Origin: Jiangella sp. DSM 45060
GTDB taxonomy: Bacteria; Actinomycetota; Actinomycetes; Jiangellales; Jiangellaceae
Assembly: GCF_900105175.1 (NCBI RefSeq)
Contig: NZ_LT629771.1
Coordinates: forward strand, 5,700,622-5,724,621
Direction: 5' to 3'
DNA length: 24,000 nucleotides
Shown here piece by piece: positions 15,195 through 22,137 of the stretch. Both the position numbers and the translations under genes were made by a program. The notes beneath the pieces were generated by a model. The model was not told the origin of the DNA, made no database searches, and saw nothing but the letters and a program-made list of their open reading frames with translations. Each line of letters starts with the position of its first letter. Positions within the stretch are counted from its first letter, which is position 1.

Positions 15195-16118
15195 TCACCC
15201 GGCCAATCGCACGCGGGGGTCGAGGTAGCCGTACAGGACGTCGACGACGAGGTTCACCAGCACGAACACCGCGGCGATGAACAGCACGGCGGCCTGGACG
15301 ACGCCGTAGTCGCGGTGCGAGATCGCGTCGACCAGCAAGCGCCCGACGCCGGGCCAGGCGAACACCGTCTCGACGATGACGGTGCCGCCGAGCAGCTGGC
15401 CGAACTGCAGGCCGACCACCGTCACGACCGGGATCAGCGCGTTGCGGGCGGCGTGCGGGAAGATCACGACGCTCTCGCGCAGCCCCTTCGCGCGCGCCGT
15501 CTGCACGTAGCCCTCGTGGATGACCTCGAGCAACCCGCTGCGGGTCAGCCGGACCAGGATGGCCAGGAACGGCAGCGCCAGCGTGACCGCCGGGAGCACC
15601 AGGTGCTGCCAGCCGCCGGTGCCGCCGCTGGGCAGCACGTCCAGCGTCCGGGCGAACACCAGGATGAAGACGATGCCGACCCAGAACGCCGGCGTCGACT
15701 GCCCCACCAGCGACAGCACCGAGATGACGCGGTCGGTCAGCGTGTTGGCCTTGAGCGCCGCGATGACGCCGAGCGGGAAGCCGATGAGGATCGACAGCGT
15801 GAGCGCGGCGATCGCCAGCTCGGCGGTGTTCGGCAGCCGCGACAGGACGAGGTCCATGGCGTCGACGTTCATCCGGAACGAGTCGCCGAAGTCCAGCCTG
15901 ACGACGTCGCGCAGGTACGTGCCGTACTGGACGATCAGCGACTCGTCCAGGCCCATCCGCTCGCGCAGCTGGGCGATCTGGTCGGCGGTCGCGTCCGGCC
16001 CGAGCAGCACGGTCGCGGGGTCGCCGGGCACCAGCCGCAGCACCACGAAGATGACCGAGACGGCGCCCCACAGGACGAAGACGGAGAACAGCAGCCGGCG
16101 CGCGAGGTAGGCCGGCAT
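15195..16118 (-). CDS. ABC transporter permease (DppB/OppB-like)
   Basis: Same frame as track ORF 15195..16196. The start is set at the ATG at 16118 (MPAYLARRLLFSVFVLWG, the canonical DppB N-terminus), which forms an ATGA overlap with the IclR stop. Confidence 0.92.
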   Translation of the reverse strand: MPAYLARRLLFSVFVLWGAVSVIFVVLRLVPGDPATVLLGPDATADQIAQLRERMGLDESLIVQYGTYLRDVVRLDFGDSFRMNVDAMDLVLSRLPNTAELAIAALTLSILIGFPLGVIAALKANTLTDRVISVLSLVGQSTPAFWVGIVFILVFARTLDVLPSGGTGGWQHLVLPAVTLALPFLAILVRLTRSGLLEVIHEGYVQTARAKGLRESVVIFPHAARNALIPVVTVVGLQFGQLLGGTVIVETVFAWPGVGRLLVDAISHRDYGVVQAAVLFIAAVFVLVNLVVDVLYGYLDPRVRLAG

Positions 16119-16885
16119 CAGGCGCCCTGCGCGTGCGCCAGGACGGTCACCGGCGGCGCCTCGTCCAGCAGGCCGGCGCCGATGCGGTCGGCGCACGCCG
16201 TGACGGCGGCGGCCAGGCCGCGTAGCTCGGCCGGGTGCCGTACCCGCGACGGGACCCGGACGGCGACGGCGGCGACCGCCAGCCCGTCGTGGTCGAGCAC
16301 CGGGGCCGCGACGGCCCGCCCGGTCTCGGCGTACTCACGGTCCTCGACGGCGTAGCCGCAGGTCCGCGCCCGGGCCAGGGACCGGAGCAGGCCGTAGGCG
16401 TCGGTGACGGTGCGGGCGGTGAGCCGCGGGAACGGCGCCCGCGCCACGAACCGGTCGACCTCGACCCGGGGGCGGTGCGCGAGGTAGGCCTTGCCCAGCG
16501 CCGTCGCGTGCATCGGCAGCGGCGACCCCGGGTCGGCCGCGGGCTGGCCGGCGGTCGCCGTCCGCACCAGGTGCCCGCCGCGGGGTCGGCCGTAGCTGAC
16601 CGCCTGGCCGGTGCTCTCGTGCAGCGCGCTCAGCGCCGGGTGGACGACGGAGTCGGGCCCGGCGTCGCCGCGGGCGGCCCGGGCGAGGTCGAGCGCGCCC
16701 AGGCCCACGACGTACCGGTTGGCCTCGTCGCGGCGGACCAGGCCGAACTCGACGAAGGTCGCGAGCATCCGGTGGACGGTGCTCTTGTGCAACCCGACGG
16801 CGTTGGTGATGTCGGTCAGCGTGCGCGGGTGGCCGTGCCGGCTCAGCTCGGTCAGGACTTCGAGGGCGCGGCTCAGCGACTTCAT
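16118..16885 (-). CDS. IclR-family transcriptional regulator
   Basis: A 255-aa ORF. The N-terminal HTH is SLSRALEVLTELSRHGHPRTLTDITNAVGLHKSTVHRMLATF, followed by an IclR-type effector domain. It is the first gene of the permease/ATPase operon. Confidence 0.92.
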   Translation of the reverse strand: MKSLSRALEVLTELSRHGHPRTLTDITNAVGLHKSTVHRMLATFVEFGLVRRDEANRYVVGLGALDLARAARGDAGPDSVVHPALSALHESTGQAVSYGRPRGGHLVRTATAGQPAADPGSPLPMHATALGKAYLAHRPRVEVDRFVARAPFPRLTARTVTDAYGLLRSLARARTCGYAVEDREYAETGRAVAAPVLDHDGLAVAAVAVRVPSRVRHPAELRGLAAAVTACADRIGAGLLDEAPPVTVLAHAQGA

Positions 16886-16960
16886 CGATCACTCACCCCT
16901 GTGCACTCGTCGGGTGGTTCGGCGTCGTTACATTAACGTTAACGGTAGCGTTCATGGGCG

Positions 16961-16990
16961 ACGCTAGAGGACGGCCCAGAACGGTGTCAA
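16961..16990 (-). promoter_or_regulatory. putative promoter of the IclR-dppBCDF operon
   Basis: Reverse strand reads TTGACA (rc of 16985-16990), an 18-nt spacer, then TAGCGT (rc of 16961-16966). It is embedded in the 13-mer AACGGTGTCAAGG (16980-16992), the exact inverted partner of 17051-17063. Confidence 0.4.
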
Positions 16991-17052
16991 GGGTCGGCTC
17001 AGCGAATGGGTGAACCTGCTGGTCAGCCGGGTTGCGAGGGATGCAACGCGCC

Positions 17053-17082
17053 TTGACACCGTTGTTCCGTGAACGTTAACGT
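17053..17082 (+). promoter_or_regulatory. putative promoter of the unknown two-gene module
   Basis: TTGACA (17053-17058), an 18-nt spacer, then TAACGT (17077-17082). The -10 overlaps the palindrome ACGTTAACGT. This arrangement mirrors the reverse-strand promoter. Confidence 0.4.
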
Positions 17083-17145
17083 CCGAACTGGCGCAGGCCG
17101 TTGGAATTCATCTGTGAAGCGGCCCCCATTCGCGAGGAGGCGACT

Positions 17146-18111
17146 TTGTCCGTCGATACTGCAGGCGATATGACCGGCCAGTTCAGGAGGGCCCTCGTGG
17201 CGGCCGATCCGCGCCTGTCGAAATTCAATCCGCTCGGCCGCATCCTCGCGCACGACGACTTCGACTCCGGCACCCACGGCTGGTGCGAACTGATCGGCAA
17301 CTACGACGGCAACGGCAACCTCGACACCGTCGACGACCACATGCGCGACTTCCGCCCGCCGCAGCTGAGCGCCTGCAATTTCTTCGACATCGGCACCCAC
17401 GGCACGCTCGGCGGCACGTACGCCCTGAAACTGGCCACGCGGCCGTATCCGGGGCACACCGCGGTCGCCATCCGCCGTCTGACGATGAGCGGGCGCGGCC
17501 GAGTGCAGCTGGAGACGTACTTCACCTTCAAGGCCGAGGCCACGCTGGGTTCCGACCCCGCCAACGACACGTTCGGCGAGGTCGTGTGGGACGGCAACCT
17601 GCACCCGTCGGAGGCCCAGTTCGGCGCGCTGACGGTGGCCACCGACCTGTGCGGCGACGGCGGCGTCCGCTACCACACCGTCGCGCGCTACCAGAACACC
17701 GACCACCAGCACCGGCTGACCCGGCAGTGGATGTACCCGGGGGTGCCCGAGCCGACGCCGCGCGAGCACCTCGAGGGCAAGGTGAAGCTGGGCTACGCGG
17801 CCGACTTCACGGCGCCGAACCCGGAGGACTGGCACCCGTTCGGCGAGCCCCAGGAACTCTGCTACAACGAGGTCCCGACGAAGGTGAACTGGCATTATCT
17901 GCGGTGGGTCGTCGACACCGCCGCGCGCAAGAACGTCGAATTGCAGATCAACGACCGGGTCATGGACATGAGCGATGTCCCGGTGCCGATCTACGAAGAC
18001 CGGTACGAGTCGTTGGAGAATCTGCTGAACTTCTATTTCAGTGTGCGCACGCATTCGTCGGTGCGCAATTTCCTGTACCTGGACTCCGTTCTCGTCTCGG
18101 TGGATTGGTAG
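17146..18111 (+). CDS. conserved-looking hypothetical protein, probably a cytoplasmic beta-sandwich/jelly-roll-like fold; function unknown
   Basis: Same frame as track ORF 17101..18111. The preferred start is the TTG at 17146, 5 nt after GAGGAGG (17134-17140); the ATG at 17170 is an alternative. It has strong GC3 bias and a balanced amino-acid composition rich in W/Y/F/N/K. The antisense 424-aa ORF, by contrast, is Arg/Val/Gly-rich. I recognise no family motif. Confidence 0.75.
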   Translation: MSVDTAGDMTGQFRRALVAADPRLSKFNPLGRILAHDDFDSGTHGWCELIGNYDGNGNLDTVDDHMRDFRPPQLSACNFFDIGTHGTLGGTYALKLATRPYPGHTAVAIRRLTMSGRGRVQLETYFTFKAEATLGSDPANDTFGEVVWDGNLHPSEAQFGALTVATDLCGDGGVRYHTVARYQNTDHQHRLTRQWMYPGVPEPTPREHLEGKVKLGYAADFTAPNPEDWHPFGEPQELCYNEVPTKVNWHYLRWVVDTAARKNVELQINDRVMDMSDVPVPIYEDRYESLENLLNFYFSVRTHSSVRNFLYLDSVLVSVDW

Positions 18112-18118
18112 GCACACG

Positions 18119-18454
18119 ATGCGGCAATCGCTGACCGCTGTACTCGAGCGGAACACCACGGTGCGGGGCGAGTTCGCGACCGAGCCGTACGAGGTCGCGT
18201 GGGCGTCCGAGGCGCGCTGGTTCGTCCAGGTGCTGTCGGCCGCCGGCGACCCGGCCGAGCTGGACGTCGTCACGCAGATCTCACCCGACGGCATCACCTG
18301 GTGCGATCACGAGGAGGCGCCACACGCCACGGCGGGTCCGGGCCTGACCAGCTGGACGGTGCGCGAGTTCGGCCACTGGCTGCGTCTGCGCGGACGCGTC
18401 CGCGGCGACGACGCCGAGGTTAAGCTGCGCGTGTACCTGGCGGCCAAGAGCTGA
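18119..18454 (+). CDS. small hypothetical protein (111 aa), partner of the preceding gene
   Basis: This is the internal Met of track ORF 18041..18454, lying 7 nt after the upstream TAG (18109-18111). The sequence MRQSLTAVLERNTTVRGEFATEPYEVAWASEARWFVQVL...ITWCDHEE...LRVYLAAKS has a protein-like composition and GC3 bias. Confidence 0.62.
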   Translation: MRQSLTAVLERNTTVRGEFATEPYEVAWASEARWFVQVLSAAGDPAELDVVTQISPDGITWCDHEEAPHATAGPGLTSWTVREFGHWLRLRGRVRGDDAEVKLRVYLAAKS

Positions 18455-18492
18455 GAGCCCGCTGTGGCCGGCAACACGAGAACGAGGACACG

Positions 18493-19530
18493 GTGACCGA
18501 CACCCGCAGGGCGCGGCTGCGCGACATCGCCACCGCCCTGGGCGTGTCGGTCAACACCGTCTCACGGGCGCTGGGCGGCAAGGACAGCGTCAGCGAGCAC
18601 ACCCGCGAGCGCATCATCGCCGAGGCCGAGCGCATCGGCTACGTGCCCAACACGCACGCGCGCTCGCTCGTGCTCGGCTCGGCCATGACCATCGGGCTGG
18701 TCATCACCAACCCGTCGAACCCGTTCTACGCCCAGCTGATCAACGGCATCGAGCCGCACGGCCGCGGGCGCGGCTACTCGCTGCTGCTCATGGTCACCGA
18801 CGAGAGCGTCGAGAACGAGCGGCGGGCGGCGGAGTCGCTGCTGCGCTCGGCCGTCGACGGCGCCATCGTCGTGCCGGTGCAGGGCGAAACCGCGCACTGG
18901 ACGCGGGTGCAGGCGGCCGGCGTGCCGATCGTGTTCGCCAACCGCGACGTGCCCGAGCTGGGCTGCGACTTCGTCGGCATCGACAACGAGCACGGCGCCT
19001 ACGAGTCCACCCGGCACCTGATCGCGTCCGGAGCCCGGCGCATCCAGGTGCTCGAGGAGGACCTCCCGATCACCACGATCGCCGGGCGCATCGCCGGCTT
19101 CCACCTGGCCATGGCCGACGCCGGCCTGCCCAGCTCCGACGCCGACGTCATCTCGGTGCCGACCCGCCGGCACGACTCCGCCGTCCTGCCGTGGCAGCCG
19201 GCCGAGGCGTACCGGCTGGCCCGCGAGCTGGTCGCCGGCGACGACCGTCCCGACGCCGTCGTGGCGGGCAACGACTTCTTCGCGCTCGGGCTGTACCGCG
19301 CGCTGGCCGAGCGCGGGCTGCGCGCCCCGGGCGACCTCGCGATCGTCGGCTACGGCGACCACCCGTACGCGGCGTACATGGATCCGCCGCTGACGACGGT
19401 GCACCTGCCGGCCCGCCGCATCGGCGAGACCGCCGTCGACCTGCTGCTGCGCCGTCTGCGCGACGGCGCCGACGCCGCGCCGCGCAAGCAGCGGCTGACG
19501 CCCGAGCTGGTCGTCCGCGCCTCCACGTGA
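18493..19530 (+). CDS. LacI-family transcriptional regulator
   Basis: A 345-aa ORF with a GTG start after GAGGA. The HTH is ARLRDIATALGVSVNTVSRALGGKDSVSEHTRERIIAEAERIGYVPN, followed by a periplasmic-binding-protein-like sugar-binding core. Confidence 0.93.
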   Translation: MTDTRRARLRDIATALGVSVNTVSRALGGKDSVSEHTRERIIAEAERIGYVPNTHARSLVLGSAMTIGLVITNPSNPFYAQLINGIEPHGRGRGYSLLLMVTDESVENERRAAESLLRSAVDGAIVVPVQGETAHWTRVQAAGVPIVFANRDVPELGCDFVGIDNEHGAYESTRHLIASGARRIQVLEEDLPITTIAGRIAGFHLAMADAGLPSSDADVISVPTRRHDSAVLPWQPAEAYRLARELVAGDDRPDAVVAGNDFFALGLYRALAERGLRAPGDLAIVGYGDHPYAAYMDPPLTTVHLPARRIGETAVDLLLRRLRDGADAAPRKQRLTPELVVRAST

Positions 19531-19563
19531 ACGGACCCGCCGGCTGCGCGCCGGCGGGTCCGT
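19531..19563. terminator. bidirectional intrinsic-terminator-like hairpin between convergent genes
   Basis: ACGGACCCGCCGGC (19531-19544), loop TGCGC, then GCCGGCGGGTCCGT (19550-19563), giving a perfect 14-bp GC-rich stem. It lies exactly between the lacI-type stop (19530) and the SBP stop (19580). No clear U-tract follows. Confidence 0.6.
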
Positions 19564-19579
19564 CAGTCCGTCTCCCGGG

Positions 19580-21124
19580 TCAGTACACCTCGGCGGCCTC
19601 GCCGGTGACCGACACCTCGTGGAAGCGGGCCCGGCCGTTGGCCGGCATCTCGAACCCCTCGACGCGCTCGCGGTATGCGACGTTGTTGCCGAGGTCCATC
19701 GGGAAGATGCCGACCGCCTGCTCCCAGATCAGCGTCGCGGCCTGCTCGTACAGCGTGGCGCGCTCCTCCGGGTCCAGTGCCGACTTCGCCGCCAGCAGCA
19801 GCTGGTCCAGCTCCTCGCTGCAGAACCCGTTGCGGTTCGCCTCGCACGTGTAGAGCCGGCCGAGCGTGTAGTCGGCGTCACCGGTGCCGACGCTGTTGGT
19901 CTGCAGGTTCAGGTCCCAGCTCAGCGCGTTGAGGTCGTCGATCCACTGGGCCCGCTCCTTCTCCAGCGGCTCGACCGTGATGCCGACCTCGGCCCAGTGC
20001 GACATCAGCGTCTGCGCGAGCGCGCGGATGTTCGCGCCGGACTCGCGCGGCCACTGCAGCGTCGTGCTGAAGCCGTCGGGGTAGCCGGCCTGGGCCAGCA
20101 GCTGCCGAGCCAACTCCGGGTCGTACTCGTACGGCTGCTGCTCGCTGGCGCCGAAGACGTCCTGCGGGATCGGGCCGCGCGCCACCGTCGCGGCGTCGCC
20201 GAACAGGTCGGCCACGATGGTCTCGACGTCGACGGCGTGCCACATCGCCTGCCGCACCCGCGGGTCGGTGAACGGCTCGCGGCTGGAGTTGAACCACATG
20301 AAGTAGTACGTGTAGCTGGGCGACGTCTCGAAGACGATGTCGTCGTTGTCCTGGATCGACGGCGCCTGGTCCGGCGGCACGCCGGTCGTGAGGTCGACCT
20401 CGCCCGTCTCCAGCGCGGTCAGGCGGGCGGAGATCTCCGGAATGTAGGTGAACTCCAGCCGGTCCAGTTCCGGCGCGCCGCCCCAGTAGTCCTCGTTCGC
20501 GGTCATCACGACCCGCTCGTCGGGCAGGAACTCGTCGAACACGAACGGCCCCGAGCCCACCGGCGCCCGCCAGAAGTCCGCCTCGCCGATGCGGTCGGCC
20601 GGGCCGACGAACAGCAGCGAGACGGTGCTGATCACGGTGCCCAGTGGCTGCGCCGTCCGGATGGTCACGGTGTGCTCGTCGGTCGCCTCGATCGCCGCGA
20701 CGCCCGCCCACAGCGGCGCGAGCGGCCCGTTCAGCTCGATCAGCCGCTCCGCCGACGCCTTGACGTCGGCCGCCGTGAGCGGGGTCCCATCGTGGAACGT
20801 GACGTCGTCGCGCAGGTGGAAGACCCAGGTCAGGTCGTCGGGGTTCTCCCACGACTCGGCCAGGACCGGGACGAACTCGCCGTCCTCCAGGCGGACCAGC
20901 GGGTCGAGCAGGTGCTGGACGATCTCTTGGACGCCCTCCTCGGCGGACTGCTCGCCGTGCGGGTCGAGCGAGACCGGCGCCACACTTGGCGCGACGCGGA
21001 GCACCTGGTCACCACCGCCCCCGGCCGCGCCCTCGTCGTCGTCCCCTCCGCAGGCGGCGAGGGCCACGGCCAGGACGGCCGCGAGCCCCAGTGCCAGCGG
21101 ACGGTGTGCCCGGCTGCGCATCAT
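19580..21124 (-). CDS. ABC transporter substrate-binding lipoprotein, family 5 (peptide/nickel/opine type, DppA/OppA-like)
   Basis: Same frame as track ORF 19580..21436. The start is set at the ATG at 21124 (MMRSRAHRPLALGLAAVLAVALAACGG, a signal peptide with lipobox LAAC), preceded by GGAGAA. This ATG forms an ATGA overlap with the upstream EEP stop. The protein is 514 aa with a typical SBP_bac_5 length and composition. Confidence 0.92.
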   Translation of the reverse strand: MMRSRAHRPLALGLAAVLAVALAACGGDDDEGAAGGGGDQVLRVAPSVAPVSLDPHGEQSAEEGVQEIVQHLLDPLVRLEDGEFVPVLAESWENPDDLTWVFHLRDDVTFHDGTPLTAADVKASAERLIELNGPLAPLWAGVAAIEATDEHTVTIRTAQPLGTVISTVSLLFVGPADRIGEADFWRAPVGSGPFVFDEFLPDERVVMTANEDYWGGAPELDRLEFTYIPEISARLTALETGEVDLTTGVPPDQAPSIQDNDDIVFETSPSYTYYFMWFNSSREPFTDPRVRQAMWHAVDVETIVADLFGDAATVARGPIPQDVFGASEQQPYEYDPELARQLLAQAGYPDGFSTTLQWPRESGANIRALAQTLMSHWAEVGITVEPLEKERAQWIDDLNALSWDLNLQTNSVGTGDADYTLGRLYTCEANRNGFCSEELDQLLLAAKSALDPEERATLYEQAATLIWEQAVGIFPMDLGNNVAYRERVEGFEMPANGRARFHEVSVTGEAAEVY

Positions 21125-22137
21125 GGCTTCTCCAATGTGTAGGTGACGACCACCGGCTTGTGGTCGGAGGGCGCGACGCCCTCGTGGAAGAACTCGACGA
21201 CCTCGGCGCAGCGCGGCCGCAGCGGACCGCGGTGGAACTGCCAGTCGATCGCCTTGGCGACTGGCTCCGGTGCGGCCCAGCCGGGGCGGGGGCCGGTGCC
21301 GGGGCCCGGCAGCGGCACGACCGGGTGCGTGATCGGCGAGCTGCGGCCCAGCGCCGCGAACGCGTCGGCGAACCCGGCCTCGCGCAGCACCCACAACGGC
21401 CGCGCGTAGTCGTTGACGTCGGCGGTGAAGATGCACGGCCCGTCGCCGGCCAGCCGGTCCAGCGCGGCGACGATGTTGCGGGCCTGCCCGACCCGCGGAC
21501 TCACGTCGTCGGCGCGCTCCTGCGGATGGCCGGGCCAGGTCAGGTGGGCCGTGGCGTAGACGAACGCGCGAGTCTGTCGGTGCCCGCCCGTAGGGTGGGG
21601 GCCCTCCCGGCCGGGCGGGGTGTCACTCCCGGCGAACGCGACGTCATCCGGGCCGAGCGAGGCGTCGGTGGCGCCGAGCGAGCGAGTCTGTCGGTGCCCG
21701 CCCGTAGGGTGGGGGCCCTCCCGGCCGGGCGGGGTGTCACTCCCGGCGAACGAAGCGTCGCGCGAGCCGGGCGGGGTGTCACTCCCGGCGAACGCGGCGT
21801 CAACCGGCTCTGACGTGGCGCGGGTGCGCAGCCGCACCCAGAAGAGCCGCGCATGCTCGGCCCTGATGCCGACGTCCTCGGCGCCGTGCTCCTCCGGCGT
21901 GAACAGGTCGTCGCGCCACCAGAGGTTGCTCTGCGTGCTCCAGCCCGGGAACGGGTCGTCCACCCGGCGGTGACCAGGCAGGGCGGCGTCGATGAGCTCG
22001 CGCAGGCGCGGCGTCAGCTCCTGGACGGACAGCAGGTCGGGCGGGCGGACCTCGAACAGCGACCGCAGCGCCGGCACGCGCGCGTCCAGGTGGTGGCCGC
22101 CCCAGAGGTTGCAGGTCATCGACACGAACGTGGTCAC
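21121..22137 (-). CDS. endonuclease/exonuclease/phosphatase (EEP) family protein carrying an in-frame repeat insertion
   Basis: A 338-aa ORF with a GTG start that forms a GTGA overlap with the upstream stop. EEP motifs are present: SMTCNLWGG, LSVQELTP, IFTADVND and the C-terminal APSDHKPVVV. About 95 aa between RLRTRA and FVYATAHL are encoded by the repeat array and have no EEP counterpart. Confidence 0.85.
   Translation of the reverse strand: MTTFVSMTCNLWGGHHLDARVPALRSLFEVRPPDLLSVQELTPRLRELIDAALPGHRRVDDPFPGWSTQSNLWWRDDLFTPEEHGAEDVGIRAEHARLFWVRLRTRATSEPVDAAFAGSDTPPGSRDASFAGSDTPPGREGPHPTGGHRQTRSLGATDASLGPDDVAFAGSDTPPGREGPHPTGGHRQTRAFVYATAHLTWPGHPQERADDVSPRVGQARNIVAALDRLAGDGPCIFTADVNDYARPLWVLREAGFADAFAALGRSSPITHPVVPLPGPGTGPRPGWAAPEPVAKAIDWQFHRGPLRPRCAEVVEFFHEGVAPSDHKPVVVTYTLEKP
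21569..21638. repeat. hairpin repeat, full copy 1 (inside the EEP CDS)
   Basis: CGAGTCTGTCGGTGCCCGCCCGTAGGGTGGGGGCCCTCCCGGCCGGGCGGGGTGTCACTCCCGGCGAACG. It is 70/70 identical to copy 2, which lies 114 bp (38 codons) away. Confidence 0.85.
21683..21752. repeat. hairpin repeat, full copy 2 (inside the EEP CDS)
   Basis: Identical to 21569-21638. Both copies encode FAGSDTPPGREGPHPTGGHRQTR in the EEP reading frame. Confidence 0.85.
21767..21794. repeat. hairpin repeat, truncated copy 3 (internal-deletion derivative)
   Basis: CCGGGCGGGGTGTCACTCCCGGCGAACG matches the 3' 28 bp of the full copies. It is preceded by GCGAG, as the full copies are, so it looks like a copy that lost the central ~40 bp. 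It lies 42 bp (14 codons) from the equivalent point in copy 2. Confidence 0.75.

Noticed and set aside
14064-16355. The 763-aa ORF 14064..16355(+), the 598-aa ORF 14275..16071(-) and the 507-aa ORF 19619..21142(+).
   Set aside because: They lie antisense to, or out of frame with, clear ABC permease and SBP genes. Their translations are Arg/Asp/Gly-rich and featureless.
17023-18297. The 424-aa ORF on the - strand opposite the unknown two-gene module.
   Set aside because: The + strand frames show strong third-position GC bias and a balanced, aromatic-rich composition. The - strand translation is Arg/Val/Gly-rich. The divergent promoter and RBS geometry also favour the + strand.
21569-21794. 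Reading the direct repeats as a small CRISPR array.
   Set aside because: There are only two full units and one truncated unit. The units are 70 bp, too long for CRISPR repeats. The gaps are 44 and 14 bp rather than uniform spacers. The array lies inside an intact ORF with frame-preserving offsets, an inverted diverged copy exists elsewhere, and no cas genes are present.
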